DNA of 64,000 nucleotides, taken from contig CBDBHB010000007.1 of assembly GCA_965205505.1 (NCBI GenBank), positions 320,001 through 384,000 of the forward strand, read 5' to 3'. The notes beneath the pieces were generated by a model, which saw nothing but the letters and a program-made list of their open reading frames with translations, was not told the origin of the DNA and did no database searches. Of this stretch, positions 36,719 to 46,115 are shown one piece after another. A program made the position numbers and the translations under genes. Every line of letters begins with the position of its first letter. The stretch's first letter is position 1. This DNA is from Acidobacteriota bacterium (lineage in GTDB: Bacteria; Acidobacteriota; UBA890; WLXD01).

Positions 36719-38260
36719 ATGTCTGAGCCTTCGAACGTCCAGTGGGGCGCGGTGCTGGTCATGGCCGTGTTCTACGTGCTGATCTTCGCGGTGGGCCTCT
36801 ACGCCGCCCGCCGCAAATCACACGGTACCGCTGAGGACATGTTGCTCGCCGGGCGGGCCCTGCCGATCTGGATCGGCGTGTTGACCATGTCGGCAACTTG
36901 GGTCGGCGGCGGCTACATCAACGGATCGGCCGAGGCCGCCTACTCGAGCGGGCTGGTATGGGTGCAGGCGCCGTGGGGCTATTCGCTCAGCATGGTGGTC
37001 GGCGGTCTGTTCTTCGCGCCCATCATGCGGCGCCACGGTTTCACCACCATGCTCGACCCGCTGCACCAGCGCTTTGGACGGCGCATGGCGGCGCTCCTGT
37101 ATCTACCGGCATTGACCGGTGAGATCTTCTGGAGCGCGGCCATCCTCACGGCGCTGGGAACGACATTCGGAACCGTGCTGAATCTCGACTTCACCGTGTC
37201 GATTCTGCTGTCAGCCGCCGTCGCGGTCGGCTACACGCTCATCGGGGGGCTCTGGGCCGTAGCGCTGACCGATGTCGTGCAGCTTCTGTTGCTCGTCGTC
37301 GGCCTGTGGCTCGTGGCGCCGATCGCCGCCGAGGCGCTTGGCGGCATCGACCAGGCGTGGGCAACGTACGTCGATCGCATGGGGCCGGCGGCGTCCGTCA
37401 TCCCTGCTTGGGGATCGTGGCGCGATCCGGCATGGGGGAACTCGTACTGGAGCTGGTGGGACTCGATGCTCATGCTGATCTTCGGCGGCCTGCCGTGGCA
37501 CGGCTATTTCCAGCGCGTGCTGGCGATGCGCGACGCTGCCGCGGCGCGCACGGCGTCGCTGATCGGGGCAGCCGTGTGTGTGATCGCAGCGATTCCCGCC
37601 GTGCTGATCGGCATCGTCGGCGCAGGAGTCGACTGGGAGGCACTCGGAGTCCCGACACCGGAACCGGCGCTGATCCTTCCGTGGGTATTGCGCTATCTGA
37701 CCGATCCGTGGGTCGCTGCGCTGGGGCTCGGAGCGCTCGCTGCCGCGGTCATGTCGTCGGTCGACTCGTCGATCCTGTCGGCGTCATCCATGGGTGCCTG
37801 GAACGTCTACCGGCCGCTTTGGAAGCCCAACGTATCGGCCGATCAGCTCACCCGCGTGATCCGACGCACCATCGTGCTGGTGGGCGTATCGGCGACGATC
37901 CTGGCGCTGCGGGTACAGAGTGTCTACGCGCTTTGGTACCTGTCGAGCGATTTCGTCTACTGCATCCTGTTCCCGCAGCTTCTGGTGGCGCTTTACGATC
38001 GGCGAGCCAACCGCATCGGGTCGATGGCTGGATTCGTGGTCTCGTTCATCATGCGTTTCGGCGGTGGCGAGCCCCTCTTCGGTCTTCCGGCCCTGTTGCC
38101 CTACCCGATGATCGACGCCAGCGGTGTGGTGCTGTTCCCGTTCAAGACCCTTGCGATGCTGTGCGGGCTGCTGACGATCGTCGTGGTTTCGCGGCTCACG
38201 CTCGCTCGCGCCGCGCCGCGAGCGCTCGCCGCGCCGCAATCTGGGTCAGATAAACACTGA
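36719..38260 (+). CDS. Sodium:solute symporter, high-affinity choline transporter (SLC5A7/CHT1)-like
   Basis: TMSATWVGGGYINGSAE, GLVWVQAPWGYSLS, TMLDPL, GGLPWHGYFQRVL, AAVMSSVDSSILSASSM, FPFKTLAM resemble the CHT1 subfamily. Confidence 0.8.
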   Translation: MSEPSNVQWGAVLVMAVFYVLIFAVGLYAARRKSHGTAEDMLLAGRALPIWIGVLTMSATWVGGGYINGSAEAAYSSGLVWVQAPWGYSLSMVVGGLFFAPIMRRHGFTTMLDPLHQRFGRRMAALLYLPALTGEIFWSAAILTALGTTFGTVLNLDFTVSILLSAAVAVGYTLIGGLWAVALTDVVQLLLLVVGLWLVAPIAAEALGGIDQAWATYVDRMGPAASVIPAWGSWRDPAWGNSYWSWWDSMLMLIFGGLPWHGYFQRVLAMRDAAAARTASLIGAAVCVIAAIPAVLIGIVGAGVDWEALGVPTPEPALILPWVLRYLTDPWVAALGLGALAAAVMSSVDSSILSASSMGAWNVYRPLWKPNVSADQLTRVIRRTIVLVGVSATILALRVQSVYALWYLSSDFVYCILFPQLLVALYDRRANRIGSMAGFVVSFIMRFGGGEPLFGLPALLPYPMIDASGVVLFPFKTLAMLCGLLTIVVVSRLTLARAAPRALAAPQSGSDKH

Positions 38261-38915
38261 CGGCCGCGTAGAACGCCACGTACGACAGCGACAGCCAAAA
38301 CAGCCAGCGCGCCGGATCGGGATACTGGATCAGCATCGCCACCACGCTGGCGCCCCAGATCATCGTGACCGACATCGTGAGCGTGCGCATCTCGAGCATG
38401 CGCGACGGGTAGGCCCACTTCAGGGGCACGAAGACACCGACGCACAAGATCGCCAGAATGGCCATGTTGGCACGCCCGTCGACGCGCGCGAAAAACAAGT
38501 AAAACACGGCCACGTTCCAGAACGACGGGAAGCCCTTGAAGAAGTGATCGCTAGTCTTGGCACCGGCCTGGCAGAACTGATACGCCGACGCGAGCAAGAT
38601 CGCGACGGCCATCGGTAGGCCGAGCGCCACCGGCACGAGCTCCATTCTCCATACGAAGTAGGCAGGCACCACGGCGTAGTTCAAGTAGTCGAGCGTGGCG
38701 TCGAGCAACGTCCCGTCGAAGCCGGGCAGGACTTTCTTCACGCCAACGGCGCGCGCCAGCATGCCGTCGAACGAGTCGACGGTCATCGCCACCACCATCC
38801 ATAGCAACGCCCAGCGCGCATCGTCACGCGCCACCGAGTCGAGCGCCAGCACACCCCAGATCGCACCGCTGGCGGTCAGCAAGTGGACTGCCCAGGCTGC
38901 AATCGTCCGTCTCAT
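38196..38915 (-). CDS. pcs: Phosphatidylcholine synthase (CDP-alcohol phosphatidyltransferase)
   Basis: AWAVHLLTASGA, DSFDGMLAR...DGTLLDATLDYLNY, KTSDHFFKGFPSFWN. Confidence 0.8.
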   Translation of the reverse strand: MRRTIAAWAVHLLTASGAIWGVLALDSVARDDARWALLWMVVAMTVDSFDGMLARAVGVKKVLPGFDGTLLDATLDYLNYAVVPAYFVWRMELVPVALGLPMAVAILLASAYQFCQAGAKTSDHFFKGFPSFWNVAVFYLFFARVDGRANMAILAILCVGVFVPLKWAYPSRMLEMRTLTMSVTMIWGASVVAMLIQYPDPARWLFWLSLSYVAFYAAVSVYLTQIAARRALAARRERA

Positions 38916-38973
38916 CTCAACTGCGAACATATCAGAGCTGGCGGCGGATTCGCTCGCCAGGGCTCCACCCGCG

Positions 38974-40278
38974 TCAACGCTCTGGCAGGCGTAGATCCAG
39001 CCAGACCAGGTGATGGTCCGAGGCTTCTTCCGCCAGGCGGGCTCCTTCGGCATCGGTCTCGGCCGACGGCCAGAAGACGCCGCCGTCGACCACCTCGAGC
39101 CCGGTCGAGGGCAGCAGGTAGTCGATGCGAGCGCCTTGGCCGCCAAAGGCCGTCGTAGCGTCGGGGCGTTCGGCGGGCGCACCGTCGCTCAACAGCACAG
39201 CCGGGTCCTGGATGCGCACATGGTCCAGCAGTTGGCGCATCGCCGCAATGCCGTCGTAGACCGATTCGGTGTCGTCCGGCCTGGCGTTGAGGTCGCCGGC
39301 AACCACGAACGACTCCTCACTGCCATAGCCGCCGGAGCGGCCCCGATCGTCGACGATCCACTCCGCCCCGTCGAGGTAGTCGGCCCAGATACGGATCTCG
39401 TCCCAGTTGCGACGCCCGTTGTGGTCCTCCTCGGCGTCGAACACCGGCGGGGTCGGGTGAGAAAGCAGCAGGTGGAGGCGTATTCCGTCGACAACGAGCG
39501 GGACATCCTGGTGCGACTTGCTCGATAGCCGGAACACCTCCAACACCTCGTCCGAGTAGAAGCCGGAGGGGATATGGTTGTCTGGCATGCTCCGCCAGAG
39601 AAGCTTGCGGAAGGTGCGTACCGCACCTTCGTCGATCGGGTAGCGCGCCAAGACCGCCATCGAATATTGGCCCGGGTACTCACCATAGCCGAAAACATCG
39701 TTGCCGTAGATGCGCTCACCGCGGTCAGCTTCGGTGGCGACGCGGCCGTCCCCGTCGAGGTCCATACCCGAGAGGATGCCGGTGTTGCTGGGCGCCGCCC
39801 AGGCATGCTTGTATTCGAGCGGTGCGCCGCCGGTCGCTAGGTAGTTGTCGGCAAACCGGCGCGCGTTGAGCGCGTAACCACCTTCGGCGAGCGAGTCGTA
39901 GTCGTGGTCGATCTCGTTGATCACGAGCACGTCCGGCCGCACGCGCTGAATGATCTCCGCCGCGGCGCGCGCCTGCGCGTCGTTCCGCCGGCCCTCGGCA
40001 TCGACCGCGGTGATCTTGGCGGTCGACAACTCCCAAATATTGAACACCGCCAGTCGGACCGAGGGCGCCGACGCCGCAGACCCGGTGGAAGGACCAGCCG
40101 GTTCGCCAGCTGCGGATGTCGCCGGCACTTGCTTCTCGGGCGCACAGGCCGAGCCGGCGGCCAACCCCAGGACAAGTGCCATCGCTACCAGAGGTAGCGG
40201 CGCGGTGTCCCTGTGCCACAGGAGTACCGCTACGCTAGTCCAGCCCTTCACGCGCATCAAAAACGTCTCGTTCGCCAT
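38974..40278 (-). CDS. Endonuclease/exonuclease/phosphatase family lipoprotein; start uncertain
   Basis: RPDVLVINEID, LSSKSH, SHPTPPVFD, GDLNA, RIDYLLPS, ASDH. Confidence 0.85.
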   Translation of the reverse strand: MANETFLMRVKGWTSVAVLLWHRDTAPLPLVAMALVLGLAAGSACAPEKQVPATSAAGEPAGPSTGSAASAPSVRLAVFNIWELSTAKITAVDAEGRRNDAQARAAAEIIQRVRPDVLVINEIDHDYDSLAEGGYALNARRFADNYLATGGAPLEYKHAWAAPSNTGILSGMDLDGDGRVATEADRGERIYGNDVFGYGEYPGQYSMAVLARYPIDEGAVRTFRKLLWRSMPDNHIPSGFYSDEVLEVFRLSSKSHQDVPLVVDGIRLHLLLSHPTPPVFDAEEDHNGRRNWDEIRIWADYLDGAEWIVDDRGRSGGYGSEESFVVAGDLNARPDDTESVYDGIAAMRQLLDHVRIQDPAVLLSDGAPAERPDATTAFGGQGARIDYLLPSTGLEVVDGGVFWPSAETDAEGARLAEEASDHHLVWLDLRLPER

Positions 40279-40326
40279 GGGTACGTCCGTATCCGTCCGG
40301 ACCCATCAGAGTTCTTCAGCACCCTG

Positions 40327-41292
40327 CTAGAACACCACTACCATCACCATGCCGCGCTGGCCCCGAGGGTCGACAGCCGGAACCAGGGTCCAACGACGCT
40401 CGCCCAGAGGCTCACCCGCGGAGCGAACGACCGATCGACCGGTGATGAACCCCACCGCGGCACCGGCGACGACGTCGCTGAGGAAGTGACTGCCACGGTG
40501 GATGCGTGATCCCGCCACCAAGGTGGCGAAAGCGTACATCGGCAAGCCGAGCTTCTTGCCGAAGTGGTGATCGATCACCGTCGCCCAAGTGAAGGCGTTC
40601 GAGGTGTGGCCGGAAGGGAACGATTTGTTGTCGGCACCATTCGGACGCGTTCGGTCGATCGTCATCTTGAGCGCCTCGGTGTACAGCAAGTTCACTGCCG
40701 TGGCGGTGAAGAGGTCGTAGCTGGCGTCGCGAAACCTGCCGGCGCTCGCGGCGCGCCCGCCGAGCAACAGCCCGGTTGCCGCGGCCGCCACGAAGACCGG
40801 ATTGCCGAAACCGTTGCCGAGCTCGCCGAAGTCGCTGTTGGCGCCGTCAGGAAACGCCACGTGATCGTCGAACCCACGAGCGGCGCCCGTGGCGGCGAGA
40901 CCAACCAGCACCGGCAGGAGGCTGTCGAGCGAGAACACCCCGCCGATGCCGCGCGCAACGTTCTGCGGCAGCCGCGCCAGCGTGCAGCGGCCATCGCCGG
41001 CGACACGATCGGCGTCGTCGGGTTCCTGGCGCAGCGGACGTCGAGCCTCGGGCGTGGTGTCGGGCTTTTCCTGGCGCCCGGTCGGAGCGGGATGCTGGGC
41101 CCACACGGGAGTTGCAACCGACGCGGCGAGGATCACCGCACCGACGATGAGCAGGCGCCCAAACTGCCTGTCGCCTCGCGCCGTCACGACGATTGCGAGC
41201 CGCGACGATCTCTTCTTCACACGCACCTCAACGGGTAGTCCAAGACCGTCCAGCAACCTTACACTGAGCGATTCTGGCACCTTACCCGGCAC
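40327..41292 (-). CDS. PAP2 family phosphatase; start uncertain
   Basis: KMTIDRTRP, SFPSGHT, SRIHRGSHFLSDV. Confidence 0.85.
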   Translation of the reverse strand: MPGKVPESLSVRLLDGLGLPVEVRVKKRSSRLAIVVTARGDRQFGRLLIVGAVILAASVATPVWAQHPAPTGRQEKPDTTPEARRPLRQEPDDADRVAGDGRCTLARLPQNVARGIGGVFSLDSLLPVLVGLAATGAARGFDDHVAFPDGANSDFGELGNGFGNPVFVAAAATGLLLGGRAASAGRFRDASYDLFTATAVNLLYTEALKMTIDRTRPNGADNKSFPSGHTSNAFTWATVIDHHFGKKLGLPMYAFATLVAGSRIHRGSHFLSDVVAGAAVGFITGRSVVRSAGEPLGERRWTLVPAVDPRGQRGMVMVVVF

Positions 41293-41356
41293 GCGTCGAC
41301 ACCTCCCGGCGCGCGCCCTGGCGGCGCCCCGCTACGGCGGCTAGTGATCAGGAGCC

Positions 41357-41776
41357 CTAGTCGCTATAGAAGTAGGCTCCTGCCATCGCTGCGACCGGTA
41401 GCTCGACCAGACCCCATACGAGCCCTGTGACTACGAGCGGCGTACCGAGCATGCCGAGGATCCAGAAATTGCCGAGCCCCTGGAAGTAGTAGAGGACCCA
41501 CACGACGACGCCGGCACACATGGCCGTCTTGGGGCCGGCGCCGAAACGATCCCGCAGGACAACGTAAAGCCACATCATCGTGCAGGAGGCGACAAACGTC
41601 ATGACCACGAACATGCCGATCTGCGACCCGCCCACGCCCGCGACGCCCAGGGCGTCAAGGGCAGCTTCCTGCTGCTCGACGAGCAGGCCCTCGTTGAGCA
41701 CCAGCTGACTGATGGTCATCACGATACCGGCGACGATGCCGCTGACGATCAGCTTGCCCGTGTTGATTCCTTCCAT
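41357..41776 (-). CDS. Hypothetical membrane protein (about 4 TM)
   Basis: MEGINTGKLIVSGIVAG...RFGAGPKTA...AGAYFY; AGGAGG RBS. Confidence 0.75.
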   Translation of the reverse strand: MEGINTGKLIVSGIVAGIVMTISQLVLNEGLLVEQQEAALDALGVAGVGGSQIGMFVVMTFVASCTMMWLYVVLRDRFGAGPKTAMCAGVVVWVLYYFQGLGNFWILGMLGTPLVVTGLVWGLVELPVAAMAGAYFYSD

Positions 41777-42020
41777 CGGTGCGCCTCCTTCGCGCGGCGT
41801 CGCAAAGCGACGCCGGACGCGGACAGCAGTAGTCTGAGAGACGGCGGGATGGTACGCGCGCGCCGGGCGAAGGGTCAAAGGGGAGGCCGGGGAGCCCGGT
41901 CTAGCAAGCGTTGTCTCCCACCGGGCACCTAAGTAGAGTTAGCCTGCCCTGCCGCTCGAACGACGATGTCGCCGGCGCGCCGCGAGCGCCTGCGCCCGCG
42001 TCCAGACTTCCGGAGATCAC

Positions 42021-43667
42021 ATGTTCACCACAAAGCGCCGTCCGCTCGTCATCACCCTGATGCTGTTTCTCGCTGCCACAATCGCCGCTCCCGCTGCGGG
42101 GCGCGCCCAGCAAGACGACTTCGGCGGCATGCTTCCGGCTCCTGATCGCCGCCCTGACGAGGGCGTCGGCCCGTTCGGTCGCTTGATCATACGTGGGGTC
42201 ACCGTGATCGACGGCACCGGCGGTCCGCCGATGGGACCGGTGGACGTGGTGGTGGAGGGAAACCGCATCACCGAGGTGCAGAGCGTCGGTTACCCGGGTC
42301 TGCCGATCGACGAAGACCGGCGTCCGGGCGACGCAGACCACGAGATCGACGCTTCCGGCATGTATCTGCTGCCGGGTTTCATCGACCTGCACGGCCATAC
42401 CGGCGGCAGCACCAAGGCGCCCGACGCGGAGTACAGCTACAAGCTGTGGTTGGCGCACGGGATCACCACCTCGCGCGGCGTCGGGCATGGCAACTTCGAG
42501 TTCTCGCTGCACGAGCGGGAACGCTCCGAGAACAACGAGATCGTGGCGCCGCGCATGGTTTCCTTCGTGCGACCTGGCTCCGGCGCCGACTACCAAGGAC
42601 CCTCTGTGGAGGATCCCGGGAGTGCCCGCGAGTGGGTGCAGTACGCTGCACAGAAGGGCGCCGACGGCCTCAAGCTGGGCGCCCTCCCTCCCGACATCAT
42701 GGAGGCGCTGATCGACGAAGCCCACAAGCAGGGCATGGGCTCCACGGCCCACCTGGCGCAGACCGGAGTAATACAGATGAACGCGCTCGATGCTGCCCGC
42801 GTCGGCCTCGATTCGATGACCCATTACTACGGCCTGTTCGAAGCGCTGTACGAGGGAACCAGCATTCAGCCGTACCCTGTCGACCACAACTACTCGGACG
42901 AGCAGCACCGCTTCGGCCAGGTGGCGCGACAGTGGGAGCTGGTGAAGCCGGGCGGCGAGAAGTGGAGGGCTGTCATGCAGGAGATGCTCGACCTGGACTT
43001 CTACCTCAACCCGACGATGACGATCTACTCCGCCGGCCGCGACGTCATGCGAGCCCGCAACGCCGACTGGCACGAGGAGTACACGCTGCCCACGCAGTGG
43101 GATTTCTACCAGCCGTCGCGCCGGGCGCACGGCTCGTATTGGTTCTACTGGACGAGCTGGGACGAGATCGCTTGGAAGAACTTCTACCGCGTCTGGATGC
43201 AGTTCCTCGACGAGTACAAGGATCGCGGCGGCAAGGTAACCACCGGCTCGGACAGCGGTTTCATCTACCAGCTCTACGGCTTCGGCTACATCCTCGAGCT
43301 GGAGATGCTCCAAGAGGCGGGCTTCCACCCGCTCGAGGTTATCCGGGCGGCGACCTTGCACTCGGCGATGGAGATCAACAAGCCACGCGCCGAGGCCGAC
43401 CGGCTCGAGATCGGCCTTGTGCGTCGCGGCTACCTGGCCGACATGATCCTCGTGGATGAGAACCCGCTCGAGAACCTCAAGGTTCTCTACGGCACCGGTG
43501 CCGTGAAGCTCATGGACGACGGCACGGTGACGCGGGTCGGCGGCATCAAGTACACGATCAAGGACGGCATCGTGTATGACGCCGAGAAGCTGCGAGCCGA
43601 TGTCCGCGACATGGTGGCGCAGGCAAAGATGGAGCGCGCCATGGAAACTACCGCTGGCCAGGAGTAA
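42021..43667 (+). CDS. Exported amidohydrolase family protein
   Basis: PGFIDLHGH, TAHL, GSDSG, GYLADM, NPLENLK; signal peptide. Confidence 0.85.
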   Translation: MFTTKRRPLVITLMLFLAATIAAPAAGRAQQDDFGGMLPAPDRRPDEGVGPFGRLIIRGVTVIDGTGGPPMGPVDVVVEGNRITEVQSVGYPGLPIDEDRRPGDADHEIDASGMYLLPGFIDLHGHTGGSTKAPDAEYSYKLWLAHGITTSRGVGHGNFEFSLHERERSENNEIVAPRMVSFVRPGSGADYQGPSVEDPGSAREWVQYAAQKGADGLKLGALPPDIMEALIDEAHKQGMGSTAHLAQTGVIQMNALDAARVGLDSMTHYYGLFEALYEGTSIQPYPVDHNYSDEQHRFGQVARQWELVKPGGEKWRAVMQEMLDLDFYLNPTMTIYSAGRDVMRARNADWHEEYTLPTQWDFYQPSRRAHGSYWFYWTSWDEIAWKNFYRVWMQFLDEYKDRGGKVTTGSDSGFIYQLYGFGYILELEMLQEAGFHPLEVIRAATLHSAMEINKPRAEADRLEIGLVRRGYLADMILVDENPLENLKVLYGTGAVKLMDDGTVTRVGGIKYTIKDGIVYDAEKLRADVRDMVAQAKMERAMETTAGQE

Positions 43668-43672
43668 TCGTC

Positions 43673-44662
43673 ATGTCCGAGATGATGCGCGCAGTCTGGT
43701 TCGAGCAATTCGGTGCGGCGGCCGAGGTACTCAACGTCGGCGAGCTGGAAGCGCCGCAACCTGAAGCCGGCGAGGTGCAGGTTCGCATCGCGGTCTCCGG
43801 CGTGAACCCGGTCGATGTGAAGCGACGCCTTGGCGGCCGCGGCGCGAGCCAAGGGTCACAGGTGGTGCCACATTTCGACGGGGCCGGCACCATCGAGTCG
43901 GTCGGCGACGGCGTGCCTGACTCCCGCCTGGGCGAACGGGTCTGGGTGTACGAGGCGCAGTACGAACGCGCCTTCGGAACCGCCGCCGAGCTCGCGGTGG
44001 TGGCTTCCGATCTCGCGGTACCCTTGCCCGACGTCGCCGACTTTCACGCCGGCGCCTGTCTGGGCATCCCCGCGCTCACCGCACACCGCTGCGTGTTCGC
44101 CGACGGGTCGGTGGCCGGGCAGACGGTGCTGGTGACGGGAGGGGCCGGAGCGGTGGGCAATTACGCCGTCCAGTTCGCCAAGCTCGACGGCGCGACGGTC
44201 ATCACCACCGTGAGCAGCGACGAAAAGGCCGAGCTAGCGCACCAAGGCGGCGCCGACCACGTGGTGAACTACCGCACCGAAGATGTCGCCGAGCGCCTCG
44301 GCGAGCTCGCCGGTGCATCGGGGCTCGATCGCGTCGTCGAGGTCGAGTTTGGCGGCAACCTCGAGGCCAGCATGGGCGCCCTCAGGAACAACGGCGTGAT
44401 CGCCACCTACGCGTCGCAGGCCAACCCGGAGCCGGCGGTGCCGTTCTATGCCCTGGCCTACAAGAACATCACCGTGCGACACGTGCTCGTTTTCGGCATG
44501 CCCGACGACACCAAGAGGCAGGCAGTCGCCGATATCTCGCGATGGCTGGAGGGCGGTCAGCTGCGACATCACCTGGGGCCGCGGTTCAGCCTCGATCAGA
44601 TCGCCGCTGCGCACGAGGCGGTCGAAGCCGGTGTCTTCGGCAAGGTGCTCGTCGATCTCTAG
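43673..44662 (+). CDS. NADPH:quinone reductase (zeta-crystallin/MDR family)
   Basis: SGVNPVDVK, PHFDGAG, GGAGAVG, GKVL. Confidence 0.88.
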   Translation: MSEMMRAVWFEQFGAAAEVLNVGELEAPQPEAGEVQVRIAVSGVNPVDVKRRLGGRGASQGSQVVPHFDGAGTIESVGDGVPDSRLGERVWVYEAQYERAFGTAAELAVVASDLAVPLPDVADFHAGACLGIPALTAHRCVFADGSVAGQTVLVTGGAGAVGNYAVQFAKLDGATVITTVSSDEKAELAHQGGADHVVNYRTEDVAERLGELAGASGLDRVVEVEFGGNLEASMGALRNNGVIATYASQANPEPAVPFYALAYKNITVRHVLVFGMPDDTKRQAVADISRWLEGGQLRHHLGPRFSLDQIAAAHEAVEAGVFGKVLVDL

Positions 44663-44673
44663 CAGGCCGTGGT
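44659..44673. repeat. Short terminal remnant of the CTAG MITE family on a stop codon
   Basis: CTAGCAGGCCGTGGT overlapping the TAG of the quinone reductase. Confidence 0.6.
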
Positions 44674-44682
44674 CACCGTGGG

Positions 44683-45462
44683 CTACTTGCTCTCGGTGTG
44701 GCAATCGACGGCAAGCGCCTGTCCGGAGACGTGGCCACCGGCGTCTGAACACACAAAAAGGATCATCGCGGCTACGTCGTCCGGCGTCACGAACGAGCGC
44801 ATCGAAATCTGCGCCGTCCATTCTTCTCGAACCGCTCGCTCCGAGACATCCCGAGCGGCTGCCTCTGCGGCGATGACACGGTCGATGCGCTCGCCCTCGA
44901 CAGCCCCGGGGCAGATGGCATTGACTCGAATACCGTGCGGCCCGAGCTCCATCGCCAACGTCTTGGTAAGGCCGATGAGCGCCCACTTCGACGCCACGTA
45001 GGGCGATCGACGGGCGAACCCGAGGAGGCCGGCGGTCGAGGACATGTTGATGATGGATCCGCCGCCGGTCGCCTTCAGCAGCGGCACGGCGTAGCGGGCG
45101 CAGTGGAACGCGCCGTCGAGGTTCACCGAAAGGGTGGCGCGCCAATCCTCGATCGAGACTTCCTCGACCGGCGCCACCGGCCCGGCGATGCCAGCGTTGT
45201 TCACCAGGATGTCGAGCCCGCCCAGCCCCGCCACCGCCTCTTCAAAAAGCCCTGCTACCTGATCCGCGTCAGCCACGTTGGCGAGCGTCGCTCCGAGGCC
45301 GGGAAGCTCTTGCGCCGCAGTGGCAAGGGCGTCGGCGTCGATATCGCAGACGTGAACCCTCGCTCCGGCCTCCACGAAGCGCCCGGCCACTACTCGGCCG
45401 ATACCGGAGGCCCCGGCAGTAATAATGACCCGCTTGTCGGCGAGATCCGGTGGAGTCGACAC
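44683..45462 (-). CDS. SDR family oxidoreductase
   Basis: TAGASGIG, NNAGI, YVASK, RVNAICPG. Confidence 0.9.
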   Translation of the reverse strand: MSTPPDLADKRVIITAGASGIGRVVAGRFVEAGARVHVCDIDADALATAAQELPGLGATLANVADADQVAGLFEEAVAGLGGLDILVNNAGIAGPVAPVEEVSIEDWRATLSVNLDGAFHCARYAVPLLKATGGGSIINMSSTAGLLGFARRSPYVASKWALIGLTKTLAMELGPHGIRVNAICPGAVEGERIDRVIAAEAAARDVSERAVREEWTAQISMRSFVTPDDVAAMILFVCSDAGGHVSGQALAVDCHTESK

Positions 45463-45572
45463 GCTTCAGTTCCTCCCTTGACGATCGTTGCCGGAACCGC
45501 GATGCTCCGCTGCCGTCCGCGGATTGCGCAGCATAACGTAGCGTCACCCTTTTCGAGATCGGTCGCCGACAC

Positions 45573-46115
45573 GTGAACCTCCCCACGCTGACCTTCGCTG
45601 CCCTGCTGCTGACGGCGTTGGTGGTCGGCGCAATCCTGCTCGCTCCGGGCGCCGAGATCGCCGAGCACGTTCCGCACCCGCGCGTCGGGGCGATGTTCGC
45701 GGGTGGCGATGGCGCTGCACGACACGACTCGACCCTGGCGCTCGGCTGGGTCTTCGGAACGCTCCAGTTGCTGTTCTTCGCCGCCCTGATGGCCCTCGGG
45801 GTCCGGAAGAAGGGATCGCTGCGGGGGTTCCTACCGACGCTCGGGTTCTGTACCGGCGTTCAGCTCGTCCTCTGGACGTCCATAGTGCTCACCTACCGCA
45901 GCTATGCCGCCGGCTCCGAAAGCGTCCTGATTCTGGGCATGCATGCGTCGACCGCACTCGTGATGCTGGGCTTCTGGCCGCTATCGGCGATATACACAGT
46001 GGCCTTTGTCGCCGGCTTCGACCGCTGGGTGCTGACGCCCGAGGACGAAGCCGAGTATGAGCGCCTTCTCGCCGCGCGCGGCAGGTCGGGCAGCCGCGAC
46101 ACAGAGCCGAGCTGA
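45573..46115 (+). CDS. Hypothetical membrane protein coupled to a solute symporter
   Basis: Several TM segments; TGA/ATG overlap with the next gene. Confidence 0.7.
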   Translation: MNLPTLTFAALLLTALVVGAILLAPGAEIAEHVPHPRVGAMFAGGDGAARHDSTLALGWVFGTLQLLFFAALMALGVRKKGSLRGFLPTLGFCTGVQLVLWTSIVLTYRSYAAGSESVLILGMHASTALVMLGFWPLSAIYTVAFVAGFDRWVLTPEDEAEYERLLAARGRSGSRDTEPS

